Shown in pieces: positions 59,680 to 64,000 of a DNA stretch of 64,000 bases. Each line of letters starts with the position of its first letter. Position 1 is the stretch's first letter. The stretch lies in NCBI RefSeq assembly GCF_009914755.1, contig NC_060943.1. The stretch is one strand, 5' to 3'. A model generated the notes under the pieces. That model was not told where the DNA came from. It saw nothing but the letters and a program-made list of their open reading frames with translations, and ran no database searches. The DNA comes from the human T2T-CHM13v2.0 reference genome, Homo sapiens. The position numbers and the translations under genes were made by a program.

Positions 59680-59947
59680 TTATAAAAAGACTTTTGGGAG
59701 TTAAGAAAAGGGGATCATGGTTTTGGCCAGACCCTTGCTGGCCTCTGGCTTCCAGCGTGTAAAATTGTCAAGAGGGAACTTCTCAGTGCAAGGGGGTCAC
59801 CAGGGGAGATACAACCTACCCCACCCAGAAGCATGAAACACTGTTCAAAGAAAATTGGACAAAGTGCCATGTAGACATTTGAGTTTGAAACATAGATTAA
59901 AGTAGCAATGAGATTTTACCAGTCATCCTTATATCCAATGGGGATCA

Positions 59948-60091
59948 CTAAAGTTCATTCCTTCTGTGAAATTGATTGAAGTAATGTTCGTGCCTGTTAA
60001 TTTTTCCCGACAGCAGCTCTTCCTCCTCTTCCTCGCGGGCCTTCTTCATTTCCTCCTTGGCCTGTATGGCATCCATCTCCCTTTCTGGACC
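59948..60091 (-). CDS. CALR3: CALR3 last coding exon ([47 protein letters not shown])
   Basis: ttctccag|GGT ... TAG; short acidic C-domain; C-terminal RNEL is a KDEL-like ER retrieval signal. Confidence 0.96.
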   Translation of the reverse strand, partial: GPEREMDAIQAKEEMKKAREEEEEELLSGKINRHEHYFNQFHRRNEL

Positions 60092-60236
60092 CTGGAGAAA
60101 GAAAGAAAAAACATAAGCCCCACCGGGTGCGATGGCTCGTGCCTGTAATCCCAGCACTTTGGGAGGCCGAGGCAGAGGGATCACGAAGTCAGGAGATCGA
60201 GACCATCCCGGCTAACACGGTGAAACACAGTCTCTA

Positions 60237-60695
<459 letters not shown>

Positions 60696-61052
60696 CTAGG
60701 ATAGGCTGAATAAGAAGAACCTGTAAAGATTGCATGTCCTGGCTGGGCGCGGTGGCTCACACCTGTAATCCCAGCACTTTGGGAGGCCGAGGCAGGCAGA
60801 TCATGAGGTCAAGAGAGCGAGACCATCCTGGCCAATATGGTGAAACCCCGTCTCTACTAAAAATACAAAAATTAGTTGGGTGTGGTGGCAGGTGCCTGTA
60901 GTCCCAGCTACTCGGGAGGCTGAGGCAGGAGAATCGCTTGAACCGGGAGGTGGAGGTTGCAGTGCGCCGAGATCACGCCACTGTACTTCAGCCTGGCGAC
61001 AGAGCGAGACTCCGTCTCAAAAAAAAAAAAAAAAAAAAAAATTCATGTCCTA

Positions 61053-61334
<282 letters not shown>

Positions 61335-61430
61335 TTACAGCCTGGGTGACAGAGCTAGACTCCATCTAAAAAAAAAAAATTTACACAAATGAAATAGTGA
61401 TGTAGGAAGAGTTAATCACGTGCTTCATAC

Positions 61431-62066
<636 letters not shown>

Positions 62067-62598
62067 CTACTAGGCCTTCATTATTGATGTGACATATGTA
62101 ACAACTTTTCAAAAAGAAACAGTTGTATTTTGCTCAGTAGTGTATACTATAACAGCAATTAGAATAGTAGGTGGTGCTTAAACCCATTTCTAGAATATCC
62201 TTTCCCTCTAAGGCACTGGTTCCTTAAACGTGGCTGCACATCGGGATCACCAAAACTTTTTTTTTTTTTGAGACTTAGTCTCGCTCTGTTTTTTTTTTTT
62301 TTTTTTTGAGATGAAGTGAAGTCTCACTCTGTTGCGGAGGCTGGAGTGCCGTGGCGCGATCTTGGCTCACTGCAACCTCCACTTCCTGGGTTCAAGTGAT
62401 TCCTCCCAGGATTAAGTTATTCTCATGCCTCACCCTCCTGAGTAGCTGGGACTACAAGCACGCACCACCACACCCAGCTAATTTTTGTATTTTTAGTAGA
62501 GACGAAGTTTCACTATGTTGCCCAGGCTGCTCTCAAACGCCTGAGCTCAGGCAATCTGCCCCCCTCAGCCTCCCAAAGTGCTGGGATTACAGGCATGA

Positions 62599-62961
<363 letters not shown>

Positions 62962-63261
62962 TGATCCACCCGCCTCAGCCTCCCAAAGTGCTGGGATTAC
63001 AGGAGTGAGCCACCGCGTACAGCCTAGACTCCCATTTCTTAAAAAAAAAAAATCTGGATGTGGTGGCTTGTGCCTGTAGTCCTAGCTACTTGGGAGGCTG
63101 AGGTGGGAGGATCGCTTGGGCCTAGTTTGAGGCTACAGTGAGCTAGGATGGTGCCACTGCACTCCAGCCTAGGTGACAGAATGAGACCCTGTCTCAACAA
63201 AACGAAACAAAACAAAACACACACACGCAAAAAATCTAAAGTAAAGTTAAAACCAAATGAC

Positions 63262-63393
63262 CTGCCAAAGCTCCAGGCCAATGGCACCAATGTTCTCAAA
63301 TTCTGAGAGGTCATACTGCGTCAAATAGTCGGTATTCTTCATCTTACGGTGGAGCCAGACGTCTTTATGAATACCTTCTGGTTTCAGGCCATC
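63262..63393 (-). CDS. CALR3: CALR3 exon, third from last ([13 protein letters not shown]...[10 protein letters not shown])
   Basis: gatacag|GAT ... CAG|gtcatt; 132 nt, phase 0-0; calreticulin family GLELWQ motif. Confidence 0.95.
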
Positions 63394-63489
63394 CTGTATC
63401 AAAAAAACCATATGGAGTGGTCTCAATGACATGGGCAGCGGAGGGGCAGCCCTGGGGCATCCCTGGCATCATACAAAGAGGCCACACAC

Positions 63490-63597
63490 CTGGTACGGGG
63501 GCTTCTGGAGCATCGGCGCTGGCCAGTCCCCATCCAGGTCACCGTTCCAGTCGCTCTGCTTGCTGGTGCTGGCGTCCAGAAAATGCTTCTCCCAGTC
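63490..63597 (-). CDS. CALR3: CALR3 exon, fourth from last (DWEKHFLDASTSKQSDWNGDLDGDWPAPMLQKPPYQ), P-domain
   Basis: tttgaag|GAC ... CAG|gtgtgt; 108 nt, phase 0-0; calreticulin P-domain-like DW..DG.W motifs. Confidence 0.94.
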
Positions 63598-63684
63598 CTT
63601 CAAAGACATGTAAGGAAAAAGTAAAATCAGTCAGATGCTCATATATTTGTTGTTGTTGCTTCTGTTTTTGTTTCTTGAGACTAG

Positions 63685-63969
<285 letters not shown>

Positions 63970-64000
63970 TGAGAAAGGAAATTATTAGATGCCAAGTGGC

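Overview
This is primate, almost certainly human, Alu-dense genomic DNA. I recognise the proteins as the EPS15L1-CALR3 locus (19p13.11). The minus strand carries EPS15L1 coding exons 1-10 (ATG at 52763 in a CpG island, ~29.7 kb first intron, EH1, EH2 and most of EH3); the gene continues off the left edge. About 7 kb upstream, also on the minus strand, are the last four coding exons of CALR3 (calreticulin-3/calsperin, ending ...RRNEL-stop at 59948). All 14 exon boundaries were checked by hand for GT/AG and frame. The rest is intronic or intergenic: dozens of Alus, L1/MIR remnants, Tigger/hAT MITEs, ERV1 LTRs and microsatellites. Almost all ORFs in the supplied track are Alu, low-complexity or GC-rich artefacts. 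I see no convincing new gene or biological system. The most unusual items are: (1) an ancient inverted, templated duplication inside EPS15L1 intron 1 whose direction and relative age can be read from nested repeats; (2) nine consecutive phase-0 introns, which also make a CALR3-to-EPS15L1 read-through splice in frame; (3) an exact TISU/YY1 element at the EPS15L1 start codon; (4) a spacerless inverted Alu pair beside the only canonical CALR3 poly(A) hexamer; (5) an Alu-Alu recombination tandem duplication next to exon 8. Repeat family names are from memory of consensus sequences, and repeat boundaries are approximate.
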